A DNA stretch of 54,933 bases from a virus (IMGVR_UViG_3300046504_000195:1-54933); one strand, 5' to 3'; shown: positions 9,931 through 20,764, counted from the first letter of the stretch. Numbers and translations are program-made. The notes: generated by a model from the letters alone, not told the origin.

Positions 9931-12474
9931 TTAAATACCGGGTAATCCTGTGCTACCACCACCTTTTGGGGGAGCAATTCCCTGACTTTGTTGTTGTTTA
10001 GTTATATAAACTAATTTTCCGGTATTTTGATCTCTTCTTAAAGAACCGCCACCACCTTTAGCATATTGCTGAAGTAGTGCATATTTTTCTTGAGTAGTTG
10101 CTCTATTTGCTGCATCACCAATAACACTCATATAAGGATTCATCAGAATATTCTTAAATGCCTGTTGAAATAATTCCTTAACACCTGCTTCATCATTTGG
10201 ATCAAGTTTTGCTAATTTTTCTGCAACACTAAAACCTAAAATTTCATTTACTGCACCTTCGTTAACCTTTTTTTTGAGCACTACACCTTCAAACAATTTG
10301 AATTGGTTATCAATAACCACATCAAGTTTCTTCAAAGTTGGAGATTTTTTGCTTTCATTAAGACTTTCTTTTCTTACACCTGCCTTAACTTCAAGACGTT
10401 CACGAATATATTTTCTGAGTTTCTTTTCACCCTCAGACATTTGAATATTAACTGCCTTATCGGGAGTTATATTAACATCAACTGTTGTCATTGGAGCACT
10501 TTCAGGTTTAATAGTATCTACACCAAGATTTTGACTATCTGGACCGAATGCAAATTTAGGAGCACCTGCACCAATTCCTGGTTTTTCTTCGCCTGCGTCA
10601 TCCTTTACATCATCAAGATCAACTTCACCCTTTTCAATTTCTTCACCTTCTGGTTCGTCTTCTTCTTTCATTATTTTAACAGGTGCTTTTGTGCTAAGAG
10701 GTTTGCCTTTCTTTTCAGGAACTACTAATTCTTGGATTGCTTGTGGCTGTGGTGGTTGTGTTTCAACATTTGCAACATCCACATTTTCGGCAACTGCAGG
10801 ATTCAATCCTGCAACGCCAGCACCTTTACCAGTAACTTGTTGTGATACTGCTTTTAATATGTTTTTAACATCAATTGGTTGCTGACCTGCTTTAGTTAAT
10901 CTTGTATTTAATGCCTGAATTTGCTGACCTAAATTGGTTGCAATTCCTTGAAGTTTTTTCACTTCACCAGGAACTTCACCTGCATTATATGTTTGTTTAA
11001 TCGCCTGTCCTGCTTGACCAATCTTTTCTGCGCCTGCTTGTGCTACTTGACCAACTGCCTGTGCACCTCTTTGGACTGCGCCACCAACTGCTTGTGCACC
11101 TCTTCCAATTGCGCCACCAACTGCTTGTGCACCTTTTGCAATTCCTCTACCTGCAGCCTTACCTAAAGATTTTAATCCGCCAAAAAGTTCGTTAAGTTTT
11201 GCAACGCCTTCTTCTTGTGAACATTCATTCATTCCATTAACAACTGGTTCGAGTTTATTTGCATAATCTTCATGACCATAATCATTTTTCAATGTATTTA
11301 ATATTTCTGGATTAATAATTTTAATAATCATAGCAACATTATCAATGTCACCATCATTCTGTCCATCATTATGTGCATTTGCATATCCACTTACCATATT
11401 ACCAACTTCTTCTTCACCGCATTCCATAAGTGCTTCTGCACTATCAACGCCCCTTGACTTTGCATATTCAGTAAATGTACCGCATTCTGCGCACTGTGCT
11501 TCAGGAAGTCCAGATGGTCCAAGATCACCCTCTCCGGGTTTTTCCTGTGGTACACTATCTCCCAAATCTGCAACATCTTCAGGTGATACCACTTTAAGAA
11601 TCATATCGGCTACTTCATGTCTGTCTTCATCATCAATTTTTGCCATTTTATTTGCACTGGCATCTTCCTTTTCATCTTTATTTGGTAAAAATCCTTTAAC
11701 GAATGTTTTAAGTAACCAAGTTAATTCACTTGTATCTAAATCAGAACTTTTAATTTCACTTGCTATTTTGCCAACTTTGCTCTGCATGTCACTTAATTCT
11801 TCTTCACCTTCAGGTTTTTCTTCTGTATCTGTAGGTTTTTCTTCGGTATCACTTGCAGGTAGTTCTTCTGTACTATCTGCAGGTAGTTCTTCTGTACTAT
11901 CTGCAGGTAGTTCTGTTGCATCGCCTGCAGGTACTTCTGTTGCATCGCCTGCAGGTGTCTCAGGTCCTGCTTCAGGTCCTGTTGCTGGTTCTGTTTCTAA
12001 TCCTGCTGTCATTTCAGCACTACCTTCAGGTGCTGTTTTTTCTGCTGAAGTTGCTGCATCCAATTCAGGAACTTTACTTGTTGCCTGATCAATTTCTTCT
12101 TTAGCACCTTCGGTTATAACCATTTTAGTTTTAGTCTTATTAGGCTTCAATGTTTTTGCTTCACTGATATCATGAAAAATAAAATTTCTTTGTTTATCTG
12201 CTTCAGATAATGATTGATATTTATAATCCTTAATATTACCTAATCCACCAATGTAAGCAAAATCTGTAACATTAGGGTCTTTTTTAGTACCACCCTTTTT
12301 GATGAAATATTCATGGTTTTCTTTAACTATACCATATGCAACACCGTCTGGTGCTCTCTTATAATCAATAAGAGTGCCTAAGTTACGTATTTGAGATTCT
12401 TTAACTGAGGGTTTTACATCGGCTAACTTATTTAGTCTTTCATAAAATGCCTCTTTAGTTGTATGTTTTGCCAT
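9931..12474 (-). CDS. Large acidic, repeat-containing putative head/internal protein
   Basis: 847 aa with PAGDATE/PADSTEEL and GAQAVGG repeats; late motif at 12517-12525. Confidence 0.7.
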   Translation of the reverse strand: MAKHTTKEAFYERLNKLADVKPSVKESQIRNLGTLIDYKRAPDGVAYGIVKENHEYFIKKGGTKKDPNVTDFAYIGGLGNIKDYKYQSLSEADKQRNFIFHDISEAKTLKPNKTKTKMVITEGAKEEIDQATSKVPELDAATSAEKTAPEGSAEMTAGLETEPATGPEAGPETPAGDATEVPAGDATELPADSTEELPADSTEELPASDTEEKPTDTEEKPEGEEELSDMQSKVGKIASEIKSSDLDTSELTWLLKTFVKGFLPNKDEKEDASANKMAKIDDEDRHEVADMILKVVSPEDVADLGDSVPQEKPGEGDLGPSGLPEAQCAECGTFTEYAKSRGVDSAEALMECGEEEVGNMVSGYANAHNDGQNDGDIDNVAMIIKIINPEILNTLKNDYGHEDYANKLEPVVNGMNECSQEEGVAKLNELFGGLKSLGKAAGRGIAKGAQAVGGAIGRGAQAVGGAVQRGAQAVGQVAQAGAEKIGQAGQAIKQTYNAGEVPGEVKKLQGIATNLGQQIQALNTRLTKAGQQPIDVKNILKAVSQQVTGKGAGVAGLNPAVAENVDVANVETQPPQPQAIQELVVPEKKGKPLSTKAPVKIMKEEDEPEGEEIEKGEVDLDDVKDDAGEEKPGIGAGAPKFAFGPDSQNLGVDTIKPESAPMTTVDVNITPDKAVNIQMSEGEKKLRKYIRERLEVKAGVRKESLNESKKSPTLKKLDVVIDNQFKLFEGVVLKKKVNEGAVNEILGFSVAEKLAKLDPNDEAGVKELFQQAFKNILMNPYMSVIGDAANRATTQEKYALLQQYAKGGGGSLRRDQNTGKLVYITKQQQSQGIAPPKGGGSTGLPGI
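11049..11132 (-). repeat. 33-nt coding tandem repeat (GAQAVGGAxxR)
   Basis: GCGCCACCAACTGCTTGTGCACC repeated. Confidence 0.75.
11853..11955 (-). repeat. 24-nt coding tandem repeats (PADSTEEL / PAGDATEx)
   Basis: TGCAGGTAGTTCTTCTGTACTATC-like units. Confidence 0.8.
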
Positions 12475-12552
12475 TTGACTATATTTTTAAATTTAATTAT
12501 TTATTTTACACTTTTTTATAAATACTTTATTTGGATCGAAAAATTAAGAAAG

Positions 12553-12801
12553 TTAAATAATTTGACCCGTTTCATTAGTGATTTTATACTTTTGAAGCAT
12601 TTCAACCACTCTTTGATTAATTAGTTTTTTACTCATAAATCCATCAATAACAGATTGATTTGCCTTTTTATGTGAAACATCTTCCTTGAGAAACTTCTGA
12701 TTCTTATGGATTTGCTCCACTATATCATAGAATATCTTCTCGGCTTTTTTAATTTCTACGTATTCCACTAATTGTGCTTCTGTTAATATAAATTTTTTCA
12801 T
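12553..12801 (-). CDS. Hypothetical protein
   Basis: ORF starting MKKFILTEAQL. Confidence 0.7.
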   Translation of the reverse strand: MKKFILTEAQLVEYVEIKKAEKIFYDIVEQIHKNQKFLKEDVSHKKANQSVIDGFMSKKLINQRVVEMLQKYKITNETGQII

Positions 12802-12805
12802 GATC

Positions 12806-13615
12806 CTATGCATTATATTCGTCAAGACTTAATTCTTTAGTAAGAAAACTATTCTTCATATCAACCATTTTTTCTAAATACCCCGAATTTCGTAATATTT
12901 TAAATACTAAGTTTTCTGTAGAATATTCTCCTGCCGTATCAAGTCCGGTTTGTCTGTATTTTTTTATTTTATTTTTAAGTTTTTCATGCTTATTTATAAA
13001 ACTTTCGTCATCCCTATCCTTTTCCAGATCATCAATAGTATTCATTATGTCTGCAGATTTCAATTGTACGTCTGCCATGTCAATATTAACGATCTTTTTG
13101 GTTGGTTTTCTAATCCACTTATCTTTAACCAAAGAATATGTACCAGATGAATGATGTGGTTCTTGAGCATCTTGAAAATACATTTCAACGTCATGTCCTT
13201 TTACTTGAATAGGAAGTCTGTCTGCCCACAATTGTTTTTTTAATTTGAAGAAATCACCAACAAAGTCTTTATTTTCTGAAATTTGATTAAAATTTAATAC
13301 TACATGAACATCCAAGTCTGAATTTTCATTGTAATTGTAATTTGCGAGACTACCTGTCAATATAATATCATTATATTTAAGATTTTCCGCATCACAAAAC
13401 TGAATAAATCTTATGGCATTTTTTAACAACGTTTTTCTAACATCAGGTCTCATTTTTTCGTCTGATTCCCAGATCATTGGGCATAGAGTATCATTCATTT
13501 TAATAGTAGATACATCAACTGCTTCTGGTTCGATGACTTCTTTTAAAACGTCTGATATGTTGTTCTGTTTCCAATATTTAGAACTCCATCTTCTTGGATT
13601 GTCGTTAATATCCAT
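12806..13615 (-). CDS. Pol-beta-superfamily nucleotidyltransferase
   Basis: IILTGSLANYNY..SDLDVH (hGS..DxD motif). Confidence 0.8.
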   Translation of the reverse strand: MDINDNPRRWSSKYWKQNNISDVLKEVIEPEAVDVSTIKMNDTLCPMIWESDEKMRPDVRKTLLKNAIRFIQFCDAENLKYNDIILTGSLANYNYNENSDLDVHVVLNFNQISENKDFVGDFFKLKKQLWADRLPIQVKGHDVEMYFQDAQEPHHSSGTYSLVKDKWIRKPTKKIVNIDMADVQLKSADIMNTIDDLEKDRDDESFINKHEKLKNKIKKYRQTGLDTAGEYSTENLVFKILRNSGYLEKMVDMKNSFLTKELSLDEYNA

Positions 13616-13630
13616 TGCCCATTTATTTTA

Positions 13631-14032
13631 TTATGCCAAATTAGTCTGATTTGAAGTTTCTGGTGGTTTGACTCTTTTTACAACCAATCTATGTACGGTA
13701 TCAATATCCTCATAATCTTCATCAGCAAGGTATTTGTCAATTTCTACTTTTATTTCTTCTGCCTTTTTTCTTAGTTGTTCAACGTTTTCTGCAGGAATGA
13801 AAAAACCTTCATCAACACCTTCATCTTCAATGCCTTTTTTGAAACGTTTTGCTAATGCCTTGCGTGCAGGAGTACAGGTTGGTTTAGTCATTGGAGTACA
13901 ATAACCCTTATGTTCAGGATTAACGGCATTTTGAATCCATTTTTCATCGGCTTCTCTTAATTTGAAGTCGGGATTCAATTTTGCCATATTCTCCAAAAGC
14001 AATGACTTAGTATCTTTTAATACCTTTTTCAT
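13631..14032 (-). CDS. Hypothetical protein with shared N-terminal motif
   Basis: KDTKSLLLENMAKLNPDFK. Confidence 0.75.
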   Translation of the reverse strand: MKKVLKDTKSLLLENMAKLNPDFKLREADEKWIQNAVNPEHKGYCTPMTKPTCTPARKALAKRFKKGIEDEGVDEGFFIPAENVEQLRKKAEEIKVEIDKYLADEDYEDIDTVHRLVVKRVKPPETSNQTNLA

Positions 14033-14057
14033 GTCAATTGAATATGTAAAATAAAAA

Positions 14058-14570
14058 TTATTTACCTACTTTTGCAATTGGAGCAATTGGAATTTTCTTT
14101 CCGTCATTAGGCTTAGTTTCGTCTAATTCTTTCTTTTCCTTATGTTCCTTTTTTTCTTCAGCAGGAGTTTCAGATTCTTCGTGTTCCTTAGATTCTTTAT
14201 CTTCCTTTTTTTCGAAGTTCCATTTCTTGTCTCCGTCCTTTTTATCTTCCTTTTTGTCTTCTTTCTTATCTTCACCCTTTTTCTTATCGAAATTCCATTC
14301 GGTAAGTCCTTCAGGTGCTGTTTCACCAGTTTCTTCAGCAGGAACTTCTTCCTCTTCTTCACCGTGAAGCATAGCATAAAGTTCATCAACCTTTGCTGTT
14401 AATTCTTGAAGTTTTTCTTCAGGAGTTTTTTCTTTTGGTTCTTCAATTGGTGCTTCTGCGCCAGTTTCAGCAGGTAATTCTTCTTCAAATCCTTCATTTA
14501 ATTTAGGCTTGAATGTCTTATCGAGTCTACCCATAACTTCGAATAATCTTTGTTTGTCATTTCTCTTCAT
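14058..14570 (-). CDS. Highly charged hypothetical protein with shared N-terminal motif
   Basis: KQRLFEVMGRLDKTFKPKLNE; late motif at 14606-14614. Confidence 0.75.
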   Translation of the reverse strand: MKRNDKQRLFEVMGRLDKTFKPKLNEGFEEELPAETGAEAPIEEPKEKTPEEKLQELTAKVDELYAMLHGEEEEEVPAEETGETAPEGLTEWNFDKKKGEDKKEDKKEDKKDGDKKWNFEKKEDKESKEHEESETPAEEKKEHKEKKELDETKPNDGKKIPIAPIAKVGK

Positions 14571-14615
14571 ATTCTTGATTTTTATAATTTGTTTATTTTA
14601 TTTAACATAAATACT

Positions 14616-15740
14616 TTAATGGTATAGTAGAAATGTTCTCGCAACATCTTTTCTTTGGGCAGATATATCTCCCTCACCTTTTGGCATTACAATAACATTA
14701 ATTTTTTTCTCGTCTCCAACAGGTGTTTTTAACAATTCATCATAAGTTAATAATGTGTTAATATCCACGCCATATTTATCTGAAATTCTTTGCTTTAAGG
14801 TATTAATGCTATCTTTGCTTTTTGGTACTAATTTGCCTTTTTCATCAACGGCAAAATGTGCACGGTCTCTAACAAATAAATCACCAAATAAAGCAGAAGG
14901 TACAATTTCGGAAGTTTTGGCTTTTGATATATTTACTTTATTTCTTTCTTTCTCACTGGCATCTGTGGAAAAACTTAAAGTAATGTTTGGATCATTTAAA
15001 TTATAAACTTCACCCATTTTAGTATGTGCATAAGATTCAAAATCGTAACCTTCACCCTTTAATTCTTTTGTTATATTTACTGCAATTTCAAAATATTTCT
15101 TAGTAAAAAAATCACCTGCATCATTCCATCTAAAAATAACTTTTTTATTGTCATTTCTGATGGCTAATACTTCTATTTCATGTTTTAATAAATTCTTGAA
15201 TTTATCGGGATAATTAAGTAATAGATTTAATATTCTTGTTTGTTTAAGAAAAATATTTGGTTGAATAACATATCTTCCACGTCTTGCATAACATACTCTC
15301 GCACAAGCACCTGCGCCCGGACATGTATTTACAACATAAAATTCTTTATTTTCAATATCATAAACTAATCCACGTAAAGCAGGAATACCAATATTATATG
15401 TTGCAGAATTTTCAGACCCCGATTTTTCCATTTTGGTATTTTGTGAATAAATTTGTATCGGCATTTGCGTTATACTCTTAATAAATGTGTCAACATCAAT
15501 ATCGCCCTTTTCATCAAATGGAATTGCTTTATTATGTATCAATAAAGATGCCTTGATTCTTTTAGTATCAGGTAAATTGTAATTTGAAATCACATTATTC
15601 AAATAACTTTTTAATTCCTCAACATTAAGGCATTCTTTTGAAACGTCACTAAATTCACCTTCCCAATCAACTTCAGTCAATGGCATGCCACCGACCCTGT
15701 TCATCATTTCGAAAAGTCGTTGCGGAGTATATTTTGTCAT
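14616..15740 (-). CDS. Gp88-like Cys-cluster (radical-SAM-like) protein
   Basis: TCPGAGACARVCYARRG and FRWNDAGDFF motifs. Confidence 0.7.
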   Translation of the reverse strand: MTKYTPQRLFEMMNRVGGMPLTEVDWEGEFSDVSKECLNVEELKSYLNNVISNYNLPDTKRIKASLLIHNKAIPFDEKGDIDVDTFIKSITQMPIQIYSQNTKMEKSGSENSATYNIGIPALRGLVYDIENKEFYVVNTCPGAGACARVCYARRGRYVIQPNIFLKQTRILNLLLNYPDKFKNLLKHEIEVLAIRNDNKKVIFRWNDAGDFFTKKYFEIAVNITKELKGEGYDFESYAHTKMGEVYNLNDPNITLSFSTDASEKERNKVNISKAKTSEIVPSALFGDLFVRDRAHFAVDEKGKLVPKSKDSINTLKQRISDKYGVDINTLLTYDELLKTPVGDEKKINVIVMPKGEGDISAQRKDVARTFLLYH

Positions 15741-15758
15741 TGGAGAACAATATTTTTC

Positions 15759-15800
15759 TATAAATACAAAATTATTAATTAAAATCTAAGAGTATTTATT
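15759..15800. promoter_or_regulatory. Divergent pair of late motifs
   Basis: TATAAATAC at 15759-15767 (minus sense) and GTATTTATT at 15792-15800 (plus sense). Confidence 0.6.
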
Positions 15801-15817
15801 ATAAATTCTTGTACGAA

Positions 15818-17968
15818 ATGAATTTAGAATGCTTAAATGGTATAATCACCGACAACTTGGCTATTCAAATTGATCTAACTCAATTGAAGTCATGGGATTT
15901 AAATACTGATTTCACATCATATAGTTTGACCAAATGGACTGGAGCAGTTTCTGACAATATCAATTTAATTGATTTTGGTTTAACTGGTTTCGATAATGGC
16001 AGAACAAATAAAATGTGGAGTGGATATACATTAACTCCACAGGATAATATATTCTCAATGTATAGAATTGGTTATAATGTAGTTAAGAATCCAACAACAG
16101 GTGAAACAAGTGGTATGACAATAACTACAGAATTTGATCCTTATTATATAAGTGGTGTAACAACAGGTAATAGTGGAAATTATTTCGAACTTAATGGTGG
16201 TTACTTACAAGGATTTTTTAAACTACAGGGATACAATTATGAATTATTACCTGCAAGATATAATAATGGTATAACCGTTGAAACACTTGTTTATCTTAAC
16301 ACGGGTTCATCGGGAATATTTTATATGATGGGTGTGCGTGCGGAAGATAAATATAATCCGCACTTCAGTGGTGAATCAACATTAAATGGAGTTGTCAGTG
16401 GTGGAACAATTGTAGATGTTACTAAAATAAGTGGTGTAACTACAAGTGAAAACAATTATCTTGATGCCTATCAAGAAACTTTAGTAAACCGAGAGGCATT
16501 TATTGATTGGGGAGATAGAAAAAGAAAAGAATATTTCGAAGCACCACCAATTACAAATGTTACTGGCAATACTATTGCATTTTTCTTAACTGCAGATCGC
16601 AGATTAGGATATAAATATATTGATAACAAGGGTATAATTGTTCAGAACATATCACCACGTTCAATTTTGCATAATGCGACAGGATGGACCATGATTGATA
16701 TTGCATTTATTCCTAATGCAACAATTGATGATTCTATCTTAATTAGTACTTGGAACAATGGTTTATTTAGTTTAGGATACCCATATTCTTATAATTATCA
16801 AACATTAATTGACTGTGCACCACAAAGAATTGGTACATTAATATTCTACATTAATGGTAGATCAATGTGGACAATTAATGATTTTCCAGAGTATTTCTTT
16901 AAGGGATTAAAAAATCAAAGAGAAAAACAGATTGGCGTACCATTCTCAATTAGTTGGGGTGGCGGTTCATTTGGATTAAGATATTCATATCATTATGACT
17001 ATCAGAAATATGAACTATATGATGGTCAAAATACTGCATATATAAATCAAAAGTTTTGGGTTCAGAACAATCCATTACCTGATGAATGCGAACCACCTGC
17101 AAGTGATGATTATTTACCGGGATTATCATTAAGTGCAGATAGCAGTACATTCATGATTATTGATAAATGCGATCCACATGTTGAACATCCATATACTGTG
17201 ATGCGTGTTGAATTTACTGGAACAACTGGAATAACCGGAACTTCAGCAATGACATATTTTATTAAATTCAATCAACCAATATCCGTATTATCAAACAGAG
17301 ACTATGAAGTTGATTTATCGTTCTTTAATTCAGGATTCAGCACCAATTTACGAGCAAAATTATTAGTATATGGTACTGTAGATATAGATATTATAAATGA
17401 AACACAATATTCATATCCATTTAGTGCAGAAGATATAATAAGGTTGGAAGGTGCAGGAATATATCCTTTCCCCGACAGACAGGAATATCAATATATGAGA
17501 GATGGTATTATGTATTATGGTGCTACAGGTCTTCCTGTTTTACTTGAAGACGCACTTGTTTATGGTCTTATATCTGTTGAAGGTTTACCAGAAGGTAGTG
17601 TTGTAACAGGTTTAAATAGTTGGAAACCTCTGAAATTGGTTTTCAGAACTGCAGACAATTCAGGGCAACAACATGTATATTTAGGTTTATTGCTTGAAAG
17701 TTCAGAACCATTTAACGAAAATAGTCCAATATTCATAAACAACTTTACATATAAAGGTGCTGATATTTTGGTTAAAGACCCGAAGAAAAATGATTTATTG
17801 ATTCAAGAGAACTTTGATTCATCATTTATTGGCGGGATACAAAAACTTCGAGTATATAATAATGGTCTGACATCAGAAGAAATACTACATAATGCACTTA
17901 TTGAAGCAAAGAGCAATCCAAATTTAAAGTTTAAAGTAAATAAAGGCGGTAGGATAATTTACAGATAA
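15818..17968 (+). CDS. Putative virion structural protein (beta-rich, LamG-like segments)
   Basis: Thr/Gly/Asn rich; C-terminal FIGGIQKLRVYNNGLTSEEI. Confidence 0.6.
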   Translation: MNLECLNGIITDNLAIQIDLTQLKSWDLNTDFTSYSLTKWTGAVSDNINLIDFGLTGFDNGRTNKMWSGYTLTPQDNIFSMYRIGYNVVKNPTTGETSGMTITTEFDPYYISGVTTGNSGNYFELNGGYLQGFFKLQGYNYELLPARYNNGITVETLVYLNTGSSGIFYMMGVRAEDKYNPHFSGESTLNGVVSGGTIVDVTKISGVTTSENNYLDAYQETLVNREAFIDWGDRKRKEYFEAPPITNVTGNTIAFFLTADRRLGYKYIDNKGIIVQNISPRSILHNATGWTMIDIAFIPNATIDDSILISTWNNGLFSLGYPYSYNYQTLIDCAPQRIGTLIFYINGRSMWTINDFPEYFFKGLKNQREKQIGVPFSISWGGGSFGLRYSYHYDYQKYELYDGQNTAYINQKFWVQNNPLPDECEPPASDDYLPGLSLSADSSTFMIIDKCDPHVEHPYTVMRVEFTGTTGITGTSAMTYFIKFNQPISVLSNRDYEVDLSFFNSGFSTNLRAKLLVYGTVDIDIINETQYSYPFSAEDIIRLEGAGIYPFPDRQEYQYMRDGIMYYGATGLPVLLEDALVYGLISVEGLPEGSVVTGLNSWKPLKLVFRTADNSGQQHVYLGLLLESSEPFNENSPIFINNFTYKGADILVKDPKKNDLLIQENFDSSFIGGIQKLRVYNNGLTSEEILHNALIEAKSNPNLKFKVNKGGRIIYR

Positions 17969-17976
17969 ATTTTTAT

Positions 17977-18489
17977 ATGCAAAATCTTTATGAAATTATA
18001 TTAGATGAAATTGATAAAATGTCAGCAATTAATTTGCAATCTTATTATCAACAACATGCCAATAATAAAGAATGGCTTCGAATTCTATCCAAATTTCCAG
18101 AAGAATTACAACGTGAAATTATTGATGAAAGACCCGAAGGCAATAAAGAAGATATTGAAGAAATTAAACAATTAAAATTAATCTCACCACAACCAATAAC
18201 AGTTAACACCAAAGATGTTTTACAATCAACACTAAAAGTTGATAATTTTTTAAATAGAACACCACAAGAAGTTGTTGATGTAATTAATAAAAATTGGGGA
18301 ACTCAAGGAAAAACTGAAATTGTATATGACCAAAATCCCCAAAGATATTTTCAATATGCAAAAATGTCATCATCAACAGCAAAACCAAGTATTATGGTAA
18401 ATAATGTTATTGAATGGGGTATTGGTAGATTTATTGCAACATTAATTCGTGGTGATAAAACAATAAATGTTTGGAATATGAAAAGATAG
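17977..18489 (+). CDS. Hypothetical protein
   Basis: 170-aa ORF; N-terminal IILDEI motif. Confidence 0.7.
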   Translation: MQNLYEIILDEIDKMSAINLQSYYQQHANNKEWLRILSKFPEELQREIIDERPEGNKEDIEEIKQLKLISPQPITVNTKDVLQSTLKVDNFLNRTPQEVVDVINKNWGTQGKTEIVYDQNPQRYFQYAKMSSSTAKPSIMVNNVIEWGIGRFIATLIRGDKTINVWNMKR

Positions 18490-18490
18490 T

Positions 18491-18697
18491 ATGAGTCAGT
18501 TAAGTGAAATTTTGGAAGGTTGGACAAATCTCACATTCCCCTTAAGTCCAAAAATAAAAGAATTGGCAAAAAAAAGAATCGAAATTTGTGTTAATTGCGA
18601 TAAATTAAATAAAAGGAATTTTTGTAAAGTATGTGGTTGTTATATGCCAGCAAAGGTCCGAAGTCGTAGATCAAAATGTTTAAAGAATTTGTGGTAA
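18491..18697 (+). CDS. Small Cys-rich protein
   Basis: RIEICVNC..CKVCGC..K..C...W. Confidence 0.75.
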   Translation: MSQLSEILEGWTNLTFPLSPKIKELAKKRIEICVNCDKLNKRNFCKVCGCYMPAKVRSRRSKCLKNLW

Positions 18698-18706
18698 TTA
18701 TATTGA

Positions 18707-19327
18707 TTAACAATATGGTACACTTCGCACAGTATCCCTCATTTCAGGAGTACGAATATCTAAATTAGTATAATTCATGATAAAATCCTGACAAAATTCC
18801 CTAATGAATAATATCTGAATTTTTGGTGGTGCTTTTTCAAATGCAATAAATTTGATTTCATCACCATCAGGAGTATATAAATCAACATTAATGTCACGCC
18901 AATCAAATCTATCAAACCATGCTTCACCTGATGGTTCTCTGTCAGTTTCAGGAGTACCCCCAACATGTCCTCTATCTTGCCATCCGGTTTTGCCAACATC
19001 TACTTTATCTGCATAAAAATTCAAATCAAATTTAATTGGTTCTTTACTTTGATCATATTTATATTCTATTTTTAAGAAGTACTCAATACTCATACGGTCT
19101 GTATCATCAAAATTATCCTCTTCCCAATTGCCACCAATACGAGAATCATAAACATCGGTTTTAAGATTTTTCTTATTTATTAATGAATCACAAATAAATT
19201 GTTTCTGTAAATCTTCGTTTTTTAATAGATCGACATTCTCTTCTTCCTTGAGATATTCATCGTTACCCAAAAAATCGAATTCTGAAATTACTTCATTTAT
19301 TGTTCTTATTAATTCCTTTTTTTTCAT
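18707..19327 (-). CDS. Hypothetical protein
   Basis: ORF with late motif at 19343-19351. Confidence 0.75.
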   Translation of the reverse strand: MKKKELIRTINEVISEFDFLGNDEYLKEEENVDLLKNEDLQKQFICDSLINKKNLKTDVYDSRIGGNWEEDNFDDTDRMSIEYFLKIEYKYDQSKEPIKFDLNFYADKVDVGKTGWQDRGHVGGTPETDREPSGEAWFDRFDWRDINVDLYTPDGDEIKFIAFEKAPPKIQILFIREFCQDFIMNYTNLDIRTPEMRDTVRSVPYC

Positions 19328-19402
19328 CAAATTTAATTTACTAATAAATACTATTATTTTTACATAAATTTTAAATCATATGACACGATGTGAGTATTTA
19401 TA

Positions 19403-19560
19403 GGAAAGTCATTGCTTAATTGAAGAATTAAGTTACGTCTGAAAAATCAGAAATGATTCTTTAAATTTTATTGCCAGTTAGTGGTTATGTAAAATTTAAG
19501 ACCTAACTAATTAATTTTTAAAAGGATAGTTGCACCCAAATCATTGGGTGCAATTTTTTT
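19403..19560 (+). ncRNA. Candidate late-expressed structured ncRNA
   Basis: Late motif at 19394-19402, no ORF, several hairpins, possible pseudoknot, terminator at 19528-19560. Confidence 0.5.
19528..19560 (+). terminator. Intrinsic terminator
   Basis: AGTTGCACCCAA-ATCA-TTGGGTGCAATT-TTTTT. Confidence 0.85.
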
Positions 19561-20764
19561 ATAGTGGATATGAATATTCTTCACCAAGATAATTAATCAA
19601 TATAATTTCATTTTTCCTGATTTCTTTTACATAATTAGGCAAAAGTGGAATTTTACCACCACCGCCAGGAGCATCAATAACAAATTGTGGTACTGCATAT
19701 CCACTGGTAAAACCACGAAGTCCTTTGATTATATCTAATCCAACTTGTATGTCAGTACGGAAATGTTCAGAACCGGGAATTGGATCACATTGGTATATAT
19801 AATATGGTCTGACTCTGATCTTCAACAAACCTTTATTAAGTGCTCTGAATATTTCGACACTATCGTTAATTCCTTTTAATAATACACTCTGAGACCCCAA
19901 CGGAATACCAGCATCAGCCAACATATTACATGCTAATTGCACTTCAGGAGTAAGTTCGTCAGGGTGAGTAAAATGTATACTCATGAATAACGGATGATAT
20001 TTCTTTAATATATCTGTTAATTCCTTGGTGATACGCATTGGTAATACTACGGGTATTTTTGTTCCAATACGTATAATCTCTACATGTTCTATACTACGCA
20101 ATCTACAGAGAATGTATTCAATTTGATCATCACGTAATGTCAGAGGATCACCGCCAGAAACAATAACGTCTCGGATTTCAGGATGATCTTTAATGTACTG
20201 AAAACCTGCTTCCCATTCTTTTGTTGAAATATTTATTGATGTTCGTTTAGAAGTCATATGACTTCTTGTGCAATAACGACAATATAATGAGCAAAATCCC
20301 GTAACCAAAAATAATGCACGATCTGGATATCTGTGAACAATATTTGGAACAGGTGAAAACTTCTCCTCATCAAGAGGGTCTTCTTTCTCACCCTCAATTG
20401 AATTTAGTTCATTGACTGTTGGTATAATTGTCTTATATAGAGGATGATCACTTGATAATGTGTCCAATAAGTACACAAAATATGGTGTTATTCTGAAAGG
20501 TAAATGATTTTTTGGCATGTTAATAATAGTACCATTTTTCTTTTTACCCAATACCGTAAGTAATTTTTCAGTATCCGTTATACTATTTTTTATCTGCCAC
20601 TTCCAATCATACCATTCTTCAAGAGTTGTTCTTCTAAAATTTTCGTCAATAAAGAGTTTTAATTTAATTTTTTCGAGCAAGGTATCGTTGTCCTTGCGTT
20701 TCGCAGGATAATCATCACTGCATTCTGTTTCATTTTGAGACTGTTGTGAAATTTGTTCGTTCAT
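19559..20764 (-). CDS. kamA: KamA-family radical SAM aminomutase (lysine 2,3-aminomutase-like)
   Basis: HRYPDR, CSLYCRYCTR, SGGDPL, SQSVLLKGIND, RPYY, DAPGGGGKIP. Confidence 0.9.
   Translation of the reverse strand: MNEQISQQSQNETECSDDYPAKRKDNDTLLEKIKLKLFIDENFRRTTLEEWYDWKWQIKNSITDTEKLLTVLGKKKNGTIINMPKNHLPFRITPYFVYLLDTLSSDHPLYKTIIPTVNELNSIEGEKEDPLDEEKFSPVPNIVHRYPDRALFLVTGFCSLYCRYCTRSHMTSKRTSINISTKEWEAGFQYIKDHPEIRDVIVSGGDPLTLRDDQIEYILCRLRSIEHVEIIRIGTKIPVVLPMRITKELTDILKKYHPLFMSIHFTHPDELTPEVQLACNMLADAGIPLGSQSVLLKGINDSVEIFRALNKGLLKIRVRPYYIYQCDPIPGSEHFRTDIQVGLDIIKGLRGFTSGYAVPQFVIDAPGGGGKIPLLPNYVKEIRKNEIILINYLGEEYSYPL

Noticed and set aside
11345-12088. 247-aa plus-strand Ser-rich ORF
   Set aside because: Antisense shadow of the Glu-rich repeat protein.
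12806-13615. CCA-adding enzyme for the many CCA-less tRNAs
   Set aside because: Only a minimal NTase motif is present; no class II CCA motifs (GGxVRD, RRDFT).
19405-19460. Hammerhead ribozyme (GTC..CTGA..GAAA)
   Set aside because: No CUGAnGA core and no stem II in the right place.
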